Shown piece after piece: positions 24,789-32,900 of a stretch of DNA of 48,257 nucleotides (position 1 is the first letter of the stretch; each line of letters begins with the position of its first letter). The stretch is from contig JANNVG010000850.1 in NCBI GenBank assembly GCA_031414395.1, positions 1-48,257 on the forward strand. The letters are read 5' to 3'. Below the pieces are notes generated by a model. It made no database searches. It was not told where the DNA came from and saw only the letters and a list, made by a program, of their open reading frames with translations. The position numbers and the translations under genes are program-made. The stretch is from Fimbriiglobus sp. Its GTDB lineage: Bacteria > Planctomycetota > Planctomycetia > Gemmatales > Gemmataceae.

Positions 24789-25210
24789 CGGTTGTCGCCT
24801 TCGGTCATGTGAATTTCGACGGCCCGCACACCGACATCCAGGCCGTCTTTCAGCGATGATTCGGGCACCTGTCGGTACTCTGAGCGGACCAGATCGGGGA
24901 TGGCCCGCAGTCGGGTGATCTCGGCTACCAGTTCGGCAATGCGGTTCCTTAACCGTTGGGTTTCCGCCCACAAGTGAGCCGCTTCGATCTTGTGGGATTC
25001 GTCGGCTGTTGTGCGAGCGAGTTTTGCGGCCGATGCGGCGCCTTTGGTCGCTTTCACAGCAGCGTCCCTTTCGGCTTCCAACTCGGCGACGCGGGTGTCA
25101 TCACTCGGGAGGTTGTACCCGTATTGGTGCAGCCCATCGTGGCCGTTGTGAAGGATGCACCGATGGGAACACAGTGGCGTCATAGCGCCTGGCTCGGCGG
25201 GGTCACTCAT
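24785..25210 (-). CDS. Hypothetical protein with coiled-coil C-half
   Basis: Track ORF of 141 aa. Confidence 0.6.
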   Translation of the reverse strand: MSDPAEPGAMTPLCSHRCILHNGHDGLHQYGYNLPSDDTRVAELEAERDAAVKATKGAASAAKLARTTADESHKIEAAHLWAETQRLRNRIAELVAEITRLRAIPDLVRSEYRQVPESSLKDGLDVGVRAVEIHMTEGDNR

Positions 25211-25464
25211 CCGGTTTCTCCGTTCTCGATAGCGGCCTGCATTCGGCGCCTCAAGTCAGTGATCGGGGCCTGGTTGCCCTGCTCGAAATACTTGGATTGA
25301 ACGATGCGGAGGCACCGTGCCCGTTCGGCCGCGACCTGTTCGTCGGCGTAGTCCTGAGCGAAGTCAGCGACCTCGCCGTATGAGATGACCAGATCGTCAG
25401 CCTCAAACTCAGCCGCACGTCGGGCGAATTGTCGGGCGAGTAGTTCCGGGTTGAGATCACTCAT
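25207..25464 (-). CDS. Hypothetical protein (85 aa)
   Basis: Track ORF, ATGA-coupled on both sides. Confidence 0.6.
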   Translation of the reverse strand: MSDLNPELLARQFARRAAEFEADDLVISYGEVADFAQDYADEQVAAERARCLRIVQSKYFEQGNQAPITDLRRRMQAAIENGETG

Positions 25465-25503
25465 AGCAACCCCATTTCGATCAGGTGAGCCAGGGCGTCG
25501 CTG
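25457..25503. repeat. 47-bp gene-boundary repeat, copy 2
   Basis: See copy 1. Confidence 0.8.
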
Positions 25504-25574
25504 GGGATAACGATGACGAACCCGAGTTCAGCGAGGATCGCCACGAAGTTTTCCGGCGACAAGTCACGAGACAT
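25461..25574 (-). CDS. Small ORF (37 aa) ending ...ALAHLIEMGLL
   Basis: Hand-translated: MSRDLSPENFVAILAELGFVIVIPSDALAHLIEMGLL. AAGGAAG RBS. The C-terminus and junction duplicate those of 23667..23864. Confidence 0.4.
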   Translation of the reverse strand: MSRDLSPENFVAILAELGFVIVIPSDALAHLIEMGLL

Positions 25575-25594
25575 AGCTTCCTTGACCGCTTCGA

Positions 25595-25909
25595 TCACAG
25601 AGTCCCCCCGCATCGCTCACACCTCCCGTTCTCGCGTCCCGAATAGTTCTCGCACTCACATGGATCGGAGTTCTGCAATATGATCCTTGTGAACGCACGC
25701 CGCATCTGAGTAACGGCGCCGTCTTCCCGATAGTCAGCGCACCCGTATCCGCATATCCCGATTGGACCATCAATGGTGCAGTCGTAACCGATACACCGAA
25801 ACTCGGCGGCGGGGTCAACTGGCGAAACATTCGTGCTGTCGTCTAATCGGTGCCAATCGGCGGGGTGACCACACTCACCACACGACGGCAGATCTGCTCC
25901 ATCGCTCAT
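25595..25909 (-). CDS. Cys-rich small protein (104 aa)
   Basis: Track ORF with multiple CxxC/CxC motifs. The local G+C looks lower than the backbone. Confidence 0.6.
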   Translation of the reverse strand: MSDGADLPSCGECGHPADWHRLDDSTNVSPVDPAAEFRCIGYDCTIDGPIGICGYGCADYREDGAVTQMRRAFTRIILQNSDPCECENYSGRENGRCERCGGTL

Positions 25910-26055
25910 CGTTCCTCCCTCAGATCAATGTCGGCCAGATCCCGTATGCCTTCCGGCAGTCGTGGTTCGTCGGCGGCCATGACACACAGCCCCAGAGCGA
26001 GCAGTCCGACCGCGGCGCCGACGGCCATGCCGGCTACGAACACGGCGACAGTCAT
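25906..26055 (-). CDS. Small membrane protein (49 aa)
   Basis: Hand-translated: MTVAVFVAGMAVGAAVGLLALGLCVMAADEPRLPEG.... ATGA overlaps with both neighbours. Confidence 0.5.
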   Translation of the reverse strand: MTVAVFVAGMAVGAAVGLLALGLCVMAADEPRLPEGIRDLADIDLREER

Positions 26056-26432
26056 CGGTCGACCCCCGTCAGAATCCGTTGGATGTCATCCAGATCCGAA
26101 GGCCGCCACAAAAACGATTCGACACCCGCACGGCCAAGCGACGTGAGAACATCAAGCTGCTCGACGGTCGCCTTGCCGGTCTGCGACTTCAACTCGGCGG
26201 CAATGACGCGGCACTGCCGCTCCGACCACAAAACCAAATCGGGCCAACCGGCAACGTTCGTGGCGGTCGTCCACGATCGGCCTTTGCCGATGGATCGGCG
26301 GACGTGCATATGTTCCCAACCGAGCATGTGAGCGAGTTCGACAACCTGCTCTTGGAAAACGGCTTCGGTGATGCCGAGGTGTTGGAGGTGCGCGGCTTTC
26401 GAACGGTTGAGCCGGTCGATCGACCCGCTCAT
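26052..26432 (-). CDS. VRR-NUC domain nuclease
   Basis: Track ORF 26052..26594 trimmed to ATG 26432. PD-(D/E)xK-like GWPDLVLW...AAELKS. Confidence 0.65.
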   Translation of the reverse strand: MSGSIDRLNRSKAAHLQHLGITEAVFQEQVVELAHMLGWEHMHVRRSIGKGRSWTTATNVAGWPDLVLWSERQCRVIAAELKSQTGKATVEQLDVLTSLGRAGVESFLWRPSDLDDIQRILTGVDR

Positions 26433-26704
26433 GATGCGACCTGCTCTCGGACGATCGGCGTGTAGATCAGACCGACCCGATACCGCTGACCCTGCTCCTG
26501 GCATCGGGCGCACACATGCCACCGTCCCGACTGCGGCCGTTTCGGATCGGCCGCGATCGCGACACACGTCCGGTCCTGACCGCACGTCGCGCAATGCTCG
26601 GGTGTCCCGTACGGGTCACCGTTGATTGTTGTTGGTGTCGCCGTTTTCGGCAACCAGCCGCCACCCTGACGGCCGTACACGGTTTCTGCTACGGAGCCCG
26701 GCAT
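26429..26704 (-). CDS. Zinc-ribbon protein (91 aa)
   Basis: Track ORF 26429..26719 trimmed to ATG 26704. CATCG...CARC. Confidence 0.5.
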   Translation of the reverse strand: MPGSVAETVYGRQGGGWLPKTATPTTINGDPYGTPEHCATCGQDRTCVAIAADPKRPQSGRWHVCARCQEQGQRYRVGLIYTPIVREQVAS

Positions 26705-27204
26705 CAGAGGTACCGCCATTCGATCCGAGTGACCATCTGGTCAGGTCGACCACCGAACGTCTCGCACCACCACGACACCCACGCGTGAACGGTCGGCCCG
26801 CAGATCCCCGTTTCATCCGGCCACCACGCCTCGGCGAACGGGCCTCCCGGCGTGTAGGTCAGCCCTTCACGCACTATGTCCTCGGCGGTGATGTCCCACA
26901 GTCGTTCGCGTCGCACTGATACCACATCAACATCGCAGAGGCGGACGCTCGGGGCGCGTCGCACACCCGTTCCGTTACATGGATCGCAGTCGTAGTCGGA
27001 GTCGTAGCGGTGCCCTTCGCCGTCACACTCTGGGCAGTTCACGAGGGGCAGACCCATGACCTGTTCACACAGGGTCAACCGGTCGCCGTCGGCCAATATG
27101 CGCCGCCCGTTCTTGTCCTCCCACCATCCGAGCCGGCGGGTAACCGTCTTCGTGCGGTCGCGGACCTGGTCGGTCGTATGTGACACGCTCATCAGTCGGC
27201 TCAT
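26704..27204 (-). CDS. ASCH-domain protein with inserted DnaJ-type CxxCxGxG zinc finger
   Basis: Track ORF 26704..27420 trimmed to ATG 27204. It has ...DRTKTVTRRLGWW..., then CPECDGEGH and CDPCNGTG. Confidence 0.5.
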   Translation of the reverse strand: MSRLMSVSHTTDQVRDRTKTVTRRLGWWEDKNGRRILADGDRLTLCEQVMGLPLVNCPECDGEGHRYDSDYDCDPCNGTGVRRAPSVRLCDVDVVSVRRERLWDITAEDIVREGLTYTPGGPFAEAWWPDETGICGPTVHAWVSWWCETFGGRPDQMVTRIEWRYL

Positions 27205-28727
27205 GTCGTCGCCGTTTCGGCGGTGCCAACAGTTTCGGTCAAATGGTCGATGATCAGCCCGCACAGATCGGCGTCGATATCGGAGCGGGATGTCAAACCG
27301 GGGGTACCCAAATCGGCGCACAATTGGAGTAGCGCGCACCGTTCGTTCTCCTCCGACGCGGACCGCAGATCGGCGGGGGGCATCGGCGGGAACTCCGGCG
27401 GCTGGTACGCCTTCGCCCACAAGGCGAACATCATCCCTTTGGCTTTCGCTGTCGGTTTCGGTTTCCCCGACGCGGTGCGCCGACCACCGGGTGGGCCAGA
27501 CCGGGGGGGGGCGGGGGGAGCCGTGTCCCCTTCCCGGTCCGACATGGTGGTGGTAGGGGTACGGCGAGGCGGATTCGCCGCACCCCCACCCTCAGGAGCC
27601 GTCAACGGGGTCGTACCCCCGTCGGGCGTCACTGAGACTGTGCCGTCAACGTCCGGGGATGACACGTCTTCGGCTTCGGCGGGGTCTATGTTCCCGCCGG
27701 TCGCCTCGATGCCATCCCCGTCAGTTGACGCGTGCCCCGGATCGCCAACGAAGCGCTCCGACACACTCCCCGCCGGATGCGGGGAGTTCTCAAAACGGGT
27801 TCGGGTCTCAGAGAACGTCTCGACCCGACCCTGATCTTCGTCTCGCTCATCATCCGCGGGCAGGTTCGCGATCACGGCATCCAACTCCAGACGGGCCACT
27901 TCGGTCACATCACCGAACGCCTGGCCCCACAGCACCTTCGCCGCCGGCCGCACCCCACCAACCGCCGCTAACAACTCCCGCTTAGCCTCAGCGACCGGGA
28001 CCGTCTGAACACGCGGAGCGGCAGGTACACCCGACTGCAACCAGTCACGGAACGTCTGCGCAGCGTCAGCCGCGCGACCCGGCTGGACCATCACATCCGC
28101 CAACGCGGAGCACCGCGACTTCGTGAACAGCAGCCGGTGTTCCAGGTCGATGTCGCCGCACATCGTGAACTCGTACTCGACGCCCTGACGCATCACCGGG
28201 GCCATCCCAACCTTCTTAGGGACCTTCTTCCCGCGACTGTCCTCTTCAAGGACGTATTCCATTTTGGATCGCATCGTCCCGATGACGTGCATGTCGCAGC
28301 CGAGCATCACGTCGATGAGGTGCCGAAGTTGAGGGGTCGCTACTTTCCAACCGGCAAAGCTGTTCCCCCCGGATCGCTGCCCGGCAGCGTCGGCGATATC
28401 AAGGGTGCCGCCTTCGCCTTCCCAAAAGTGGGACATGGAGTCAAGGACGCAGACGGCGTAGCCGGCCTTCTCGGCGGCGGTGATGGTGTCGGCGAGGCGA
28501 CCGGGGTCGTACGGCGGCGCCCAGGTGAGGACGTCGAAATCGAACATGTCTGCGTAGAGGGACGCTGAGCCGTGTTCGGTGTCGACGACGGCGATAGGCG
28601 CTCCGTCGGCGAGGATGGTGGCCCATTCGAGTGCCGTGTAGGTCTTGCCGGAGCCGGTCGGTCCGGCGAACGCTATGCGGGCTTTCAGTTGGTGTTTGGC
28701 GGCGCGGGTGAACGGGTTGGCGGTCAT
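27201..28727 (-). CDS. Sak4-like/RecA-fold ATPase (AAA_24-like) with a long C-terminal extension
   Basis: Walker A GPTGSGKT, Walker B-like VCVLDS, and a typical ...GMAPVMRQGVEYEF... segment. About 250 extra residues include a Pro/Gly/Thr-rich tract. Confidence 0.7.
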   Translation of the reverse strand: MTANPFTRAAKHQLKARIAFAGPTGSGKTYTALEWATILADGAPIAVVDTEHGSASLYADMFDFDVLTWAPPYDPGRLADTITAAEKAGYAVCVLDSMSHFWEGEGGTLDIADAAGQRSGGNSFAGWKVATPQLRHLIDVMLGCDMHVIGTMRSKMEYVLEEDSRGKKVPKKVGMAPVMRQGVEYEFTMCGDIDLEHRLLFTKSRCSALADVMVQPGRAADAAQTFRDWLQSGVPAAPRVQTVPVAEAKRELLAAVGGVRPAAKVLWGQAFGDVTEVARLELDAVIANLPADDERDEDQGRVETFSETRTRFENSPHPAGSVSERFVGDPGHASTDGDGIEATGGNIDPAEAEDVSSPDVDGTVSVTPDGGTTPLTAPEGGGAANPPRRTPTTTMSDREGDTAPPAPPRSGPPGGRRTASGKPKPTAKAKGMMFALWAKAYQPPEFPPMPPADLRSASEENERCALLQLCADLGTPGLTSRSDIDADLCGLIIDHLTETVGTAETATT

Positions 28728-29323
28728 CTGTCGGCTCCGGTGTCTATCGTGAATCGGGGTTCTCTAATCAGGACCGTGACCCCGGGGGGGACCTCTCCGT
28801 CGGCGTCAACTGGGGTAACCGTGGACCCCACAACAGGCTTTCCGGGGATCGACAACGCCTTCTTGATGGCGGCCCGATCGGGGGTGACCACAGCAGGTTT
28901 CGGGGCCCCGGGGTTGACGAGCTCGGGGCGGTTCACGGACGCCCAGGGGAGGAACACGTCAGGGTCGATCGTCCACTCGGGTGGCTGACGGACAGATCGG
29001 AGGGTGCCGTAGGGCAGGTCAATCGACTTTTGTTCCGGGTTTCGGGTGAGGACGGCCCGGTGATACCCGACGAGGATCTGCTCCAGCCATCCGGTGGCTT
29101 TCGCGAGCTGTTCCAGCCGCCCGGTTTCCCATGTGTCGATCCGGGCCCGTTCCGCCGCGGCGATTTCGTGGACCTCGTCGATTTGGCGGCGGGTGCGGTG
29201 TAGCCGGCGAAGGTACCTGTCGGCGGTTTCCGCGGCGGCGGGTGGTTCGGGCGTGTTGTCGTATTCGGGTTCGTCGCCGCATAGGTCGCGGTCGAGGTCG
29301 TCCCATTCGGCGGCCAAAGTCAT
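28724..29323 (-). CDS. Mu Gam-like host-nuclease inhibitor
   Basis: Track ORF with an N-terminal coiled coil followed by ...KSIDLPYGTLRSVRQPPEW...DRAAIKKAL, resembling the Gam-like family. ATGA-coupled to the ATPase. Confidence 0.5.
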   Translation of the reverse strand: MTLAAEWDDLDRDLCGDEPEYDNTPEPPAAAETADRYLRRLHRTRRQIDEVHEIAAAERARIDTWETGRLEQLAKATGWLEQILVGYHRAVLTRNPEQKSIDLPYGTLRSVRQPPEWTIDPDVFLPWASVNRPELVNPGAPKPAVVTPDRAAIKKALSIPGKPVVGSTVTPVDADGEVPPGVTVLIREPRFTIDTGADR

Positions 29324-29628
29324 GTCGGGACCTGCCAGACGATTGCCATGCGACCCGTCGAGGTTGGGCGGCGGTGACCGGAATCCACGATCAGACCCGC
29401 GCCGGACAGTTCGGACCGACGTTTCTTCACGGTTGTCCCGTGATGCTTCGGGAGCCGTGCTACCAACTCGTCGTCGGTCATACCCCGCCCGTCGTAGAAC
29501 GTTTGCCAGTCAACGAACGTCCCGAACACGAGATCCTGGAGCCGGGACAGGTGCCCGGTGGACGGGACCGCCGTGCGGGATGTCTCAGGGTCCGCGGCCC
29601 GTGACGTCGGGCCGGTCGGGGCGATCAT
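29320..29628 (-). CDS. Winged-helix DNA-binding protein
   Basis: Track ORF with ...MTDDELVARLPKHHGTTVKKRRSELSGAGLIVDSG.... Confidence 0.5.
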   Translation of the reverse strand: MIAPTGPTSRAADPETSRTAVPSTGHLSRLQDLVFGTFVDWQTFYDGRGMTDDELVARLPKHHGTTVKKRRSELSGAGLIVDSGHRRPTSTGRMAIVWQVPT

Positions 29629-29882
29629 CGCTTTACCTCAGCGAGGAGCCGTTCGGCTTCGTCGACCAGAACCTGGGCCTTCTCGGTTCGGTAACCGCCG
29701 TCCTGGCCGATCAGGACACGCCGGGCGTGGTCGACGACCCCGATCAACGCCGAGATCGCGTGGTACTCGCTGTCGGTGTACGTCGGCTGGGCGAGCTCGT
29801 TGAGGAGGTTCTGCAACGCCGACTGTGCGTTTCGCAGCAGTATCGACGCATCGTCCCGGTACATGGTCGCGCCCGCGCTCAT
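29625..29882 (-). CDS. Hypothetical helical protein (85 aa)
   Basis: Track ORF 29625..29912 trimmed to ATG 29882 (ATGA overlap). Confidence 0.5.
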   Translation of the reverse strand: MSAGATMYRDDASILLRNAQSALQNLLNELAQPTYTDSEYHAISALIGVVDHARRVLIGQDGGYRTEKAQVLVDEAERLLAEVKR

Positions 29883-30400
29883 GACGCCATCTCGGCGTGC
29901 GCACGATCGCACCGGTCGGCTTCCGATGTGTCGGCCGGTCGGGGGCAGATCACATGGTGGACGTAATCGTGCGGGTACCAGACGTAATGGTCATGGCCGG
30001 AGATCAGGATCAGCGTCCCCTCCCATCCGGTGCCGAGACCGTCGACCGTGGTCCGATCGAGGAGCCGGTCACCCATCCGGAGCTGGTGGGAGCGGACCTG
30101 TTCAAGTCGGGCCGGTCGGGGGCGGGCGGGTTGGGTGCGGCCCAACGAGAACCCGGCCCATTCTTCGGGGGTGTACGCGTCAAGCGGGTACACGGTGAGG
30201 CGGGACCCGTTGTCTTCGAGGGTGCACCCTTCCCGGCCCCGGAACAGCGGCGGGCGGTTAGCGGTGCCCAGGTCGGCGATGATGGTCTTCGCGGCGGCCT
30301 CGTATTCTTCGGGGGTCCAGTCGGTGTCGGTGGGGACCGGGACATCGACGTCGATTGTGACGATGAGGGGGACGGTGGTGTACCCGTCGAGGTCGGTCAT
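29879..30400 (-). CDS. Hypothetical protein (173 aa)
   Basis: Track ORF 29879..30586 trimmed to ATG 30400 (MTDLDGYTTVPL...), ATGA overlap. The removed N-terminus is an out-of-frame reading of the pentapeptide repeats. Confidence 0.55.
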   Translation of the reverse strand: MTDLDGYTTVPLIVTIDVDVPVPTDTDWTPEEYEAAAKTIIADLGTANRPPLFRGREGCTLEDNGSRLTVYPLDAYTPEEWAGFSLGRTQPARPRPARLEQVRSHQLRMGDRLLDRTTVDGLGTGWEGTLILISGHDHYVWYPHDYVHHVICPRPADTSEADRCDRAHAEMAS

Positions 30401-31014
30401 GATTCCGCCTTTGGGGTCCGTTGGATGGTTCCGGTGTCGGTGATGGTCCACCCGGCGGGGATGGTGACCGTGCGGCGCGCTCTGGTGCCCACCGGACCCA
30501 GATTGGCGCCCCCGAGATCGGCGTCCCTGAGATTGGCGCACGTGAGATTGGCGCACGTGAGATCGGCGCCCCCGAGATCGGCGCACGTGAGATCGGCGCC
30601 CCCGAGATCGGCGCCCCTGAGATTGGCGCCTGCTCGGATCGCGGCGAGCAAGGTGCGCGGCTCGGCCAACCCGGCCAACAGTCGCAACGTCGCGGGCATC
30701 GACACCGGGGCGTAACTACCCGCGAAGATGGCTTTCGCTAGATCTGGGGACAGTCCGAGAGCGACCGCCCCGGCACCCTCCCAGTCCAGTTCCCCGTCGA
30801 TCAGTTCGGAGGGTGACAACCGGACCGCCCACCCCGCGACACACGCCGTGGTACCGCATTCCGGGCCGCGTCCAACCTGACCGGTAGGTGATTCGGGGGT
30901 GTCGTCGGAGGTGTCGGCCCATGTTTGTTGGTCCCACCGTTCGGGGTGCGCTTCGATCAGGTCGGCGACGGCTAACAGCCGTTCGCTGGTGGTCATGTTC
31001 AGGTCGGTGTTCAT
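30397..31014 (-). CDS. Pentapeptide-repeat protein with N-terminal globular domain
   Basis: aa 129-172 read ANLRGADLGGADLTCADLGGADLTCANLTCANLRDADLGGANL, i.e. A(D/N)LXX repeats. First gene after the cro-xis unit. Confidence 0.8.
   Translation of the reverse strand: MNTDLNMTTSERLLAVADLIEAHPERWDQQTWADTSDDTPESPTGQVGRGPECGTTACVAGWAVRLSPSELIDGELDWEGAGAVALGLSPDLAKAIFAGSYAPVSMPATLRLLAGLAEPRTLLAAIRAGANLRGADLGGADLTCADLGGADLTCANLTCANLRDADLGGANLGPVGTRARRTVTIPAGWTITDTGTIQRTPKAES
30499..30630. repeat. Tandem ~15-bp repeats (GAGATYGGCGCNCNY) encoding the pentapeptide repeats
   Basis: Read directly; about nine consecutive units. Confidence 0.8.
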
Positions 31015-31055
31015 TGGTGGGTGTACCCTTTCGGTGGTTACGAGGTATCTGTTTG

Positions 31056-31090
31056 GGGTCGCCGGTGTCCGTGGTAGGGGCCGGCGACCC
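31056..31090 (-). promoter_or_regulatory. 10-bp stem-loop between the xis-like gene and the early operon
   Basis: GGGTCGCCGG-N15-CCGGCGACCC in the 117-nt gap. No clear U-tract on the minus strand. Confidence 0.35.
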
Positions 31091-31131
31091 TCATCGTTTT
31101 CAGGGGGTGGGTGGGGGGAAGGTCGGGTCGT

Positions 31132-31365
31132 TCATGACGCCAGCTCGTCTTCGGCGAGGTTGTCGATGGGGCGGCGGGTTGCTTGGGCCCATTCGTGGAG
31201 GGGGCCGACGGGGATGAGGATGCGTTTCGTGCCGGTGTTGAGGGTGGGGAGGATCCCTTTGCGGCACATGGTGCGGACGGTGGATGGGTCGACGCCGAGG
31301 AGGGGGGCGACTTCGTCGGGTGAGAGCGCGAGGCGTTCGACTGGCTTCCGATCAACAGCCATCAC
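31132..31365 (-). CDS. xis: Excisionase-type (MerR-superfamily) HTH protein
   Basis: Track ORF with LSPDEVAPLLGVDPSTVRTMCRKGILP...RILIP. ATGA-coupled to the cro-like gene. Confidence 0.6.
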   Translation of the reverse strand: MMAVDRKPVERLALSPDEVAPLLGVDPSTVRTMCRKGILPTLNTGTKRILIPVGPLHEWAQATRRPIDNLAEDELAS

Positions 31366-31574
31366 GCCGACACCGGGGCCGCTCCAAGGAGGGCGGTTGT
31401 GGGGATCTGGAGGGCTTCGGCGAGGGCTTTGATGGTCGCTGGTCGCACGTTGAGCTGCCCGGCTTCGAGTTCGGAGATCCGGGCTTGTGAGACGCCGGTC
31501 TGAGCAGCGAGGTCGGTTTGGTTGAGGCCGGTTCGTTCGCGAATGGCTTTGAGGGCGGGGCCGTTGAGGACCAT
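31362..31574 (-). CDS. Cro-like XRE-family HTH regulator (70 aa)
   Basis: Track ORF 31362..31784 trimmed to ATG 31574. LKAIRERTGLNQTDLAAQTGVSQARISELEAG. Confidence 0.8.
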   Translation of the reverse strand: MVLNGPALKAIRERTGLNQTDLAAQTGVSQARISELEAGQLNVRPATIKALAEALQIPTTALLGAAPVSA

Positions 31575-31777
31575 CACGCCACCGCCGCTACGGGTTCGGG
31601 GGTCGAGGACATGACCACACTTTAACCAGTAGTTACCGATAGAGCAAGTTTTTGATCTGGTTTTATCGAAACCTACCTGTGACCTGCGAAACGACAGGCG
31701 TGAAACTAGAACTTCAACCGTGGAATATCGGCCTCGACTGGTGGCTATCGGTAGGTATCTGTGCGACTCTGAAAGAC
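31575..31777. promoter_or_regulatory. Divergent immunity-switch intergenic region with repeated TATCGR/YCGATA half-sites
   Basis: Low-GC 203-bp gap. TACCGATAG (31634-42) is the reverse complement of CTATCGGTA (31745-53). Extra TATCGA (31664-69) and TATCGG (31726-31) sites are present. Confidence 0.55.
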
Positions 31778-32152
31778 ATGGCAACCCGGAACATGCAGGA
31801 AGTCGGCGAGCTGATCCGCGAACGACGAGAGTCGCTCAACATCCGCCAGGACGACTTCCCCGACGTCAGCTCGGCCACCATCGGCAAGGCGGAACGTGGC
31901 GTCGCTCTCCCCGCCCGCGGCCTGACTGTCGCTGCACTCTGCCGGGGCCTTCGGTGGAGACCAGATGCACTTGACCTTCTCGCCGAAGGAGCAGACCCCC
32001 CCACCGTCGAGCTGGAGAGCCAGCCGGACCCGGATACTCCCGCTCCGATGATGCTCGCCGCCCTCAACCGAAAACTCTCCGAAGCAACACCCGACGAACT
32101 CGCCCGCCTAGAGGCCTACCTCGACGGCCTCATGTCCAACCGCGACAAATGA
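31778..32152 (+). CDS. XRE-family HTH repressor (candidate prophage immunity repressor)
   Basis: Track ORF 31652..32152 trimmed to ATG 31778. ELIRERRESLNIRQDDF...SSATIGKAERG. Co-oriented with ImmA and int. Confidence 0.7.
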   Translation: MATRNMQEVGELIRERRESLNIRQDDFPDVSSATIGKAERGVALPARGLTVAALCRGLRWRPDALDLLAEGADPPTVELESQPDPDTPAPMMLAALNRKLSEATPDELARLEAYLDGLMSNRDK

Positions 32153-32604
32153 CACCCATGTTGTACGTCACACCCCCCACGTACCGTCACACCATGCCCA
32201 CCACATGGAACCCCTGGCGTGCCCTACGCGACCGAGACCATCTCACCTTCGCGTACTCGCGCCACGCCCAAATCGGCGGCGGCGCCATCTACGCCCGCCG
32301 CGGCACCCACGCCGCGATCATCATCGACCCCGACATGCCACGATCCGAACGCAACGCCGCCCTCGCCCACGAACTCATCCACGACGAACGCGGCGGACTC
32401 CCAACCGGCGCACCCGACTGGATCGTCACCAAAGAAGAACACGCCGTCGACCTCGAAGTCGTCGCCCGCCTCGTCCCCGCCACCGAACTGCGCCGATTCC
32501 TCGAACAGCGGGCCACCGTCGGCACAGTGACCGTGCACGACGTCGCCGAAGAATTCGACGTCCCCACCGAGATTGCCAGCTCAGCCATGAGGAGCACCCG
32601 ATGA
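32149..32604 (+). CDS. immA: ImmA/IrrE-family zinc metallopeptidase
   Basis: HEXXH (AHELIHDE) in a ~150-aa protein, ATGA-coupled to the XRE repressor. Confidence 0.75.
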   Translation: MTPMLYVTPPTYRHTMPTTWNPWRALRDRDHLTFAYSRHAQIGGGAIYARRGTHAAIIIDPDMPRSERNAALAHELIHDERGGLPTGAPDWIVTKEEHAVDLEVVARLVPATELRRFLEQRATVGTVTVHDVAEEFDVPTEIASSAMRSTR

Positions 32605-32900
32605 CCGAATCGATCAACTGCCCCTGGTGCCAAACTCTGATATCCGACGAAGCCAAAGTCTGCCCGGCATGCCACGCGTACCACAACAACGAAAGATGGC
32701 GGCCCGTTCACGCCGACCGGCAAGACGAACTGAAACGACTGAAAAGCATCAACACCGCCGTCACCATCGTCGCCCTCCTCGCGCTACTCATCATGTGCGG
32801 AGCAGCGCTCACCGCTATAGCGAGCACCAACAAGTCCAGTTCGTCGTACACACCGGTCACGACATGCCCACGATCGCACATCAACTATCCGTATTGCTGA
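32601..32900 (+). CDS. Zinc-ribbon + single-TM membrane protein (99 aa)
   Basis: Tail of track ORF 32205..32900, from ATG 32601. CPWC...CPAC, then the hydrophobic segment AVTIVALLALLIMCGAALTAIA. ATGA overlap. Confidence 0.6.
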   Translation: MTESINCPWCQTLISDEAKVCPACHAYHNNERWRPVHADRQDELKRLKSINTAVTIVALLALLIMCGAALTAIASTNKSSSSYTPVTTCPRSHINYPYC

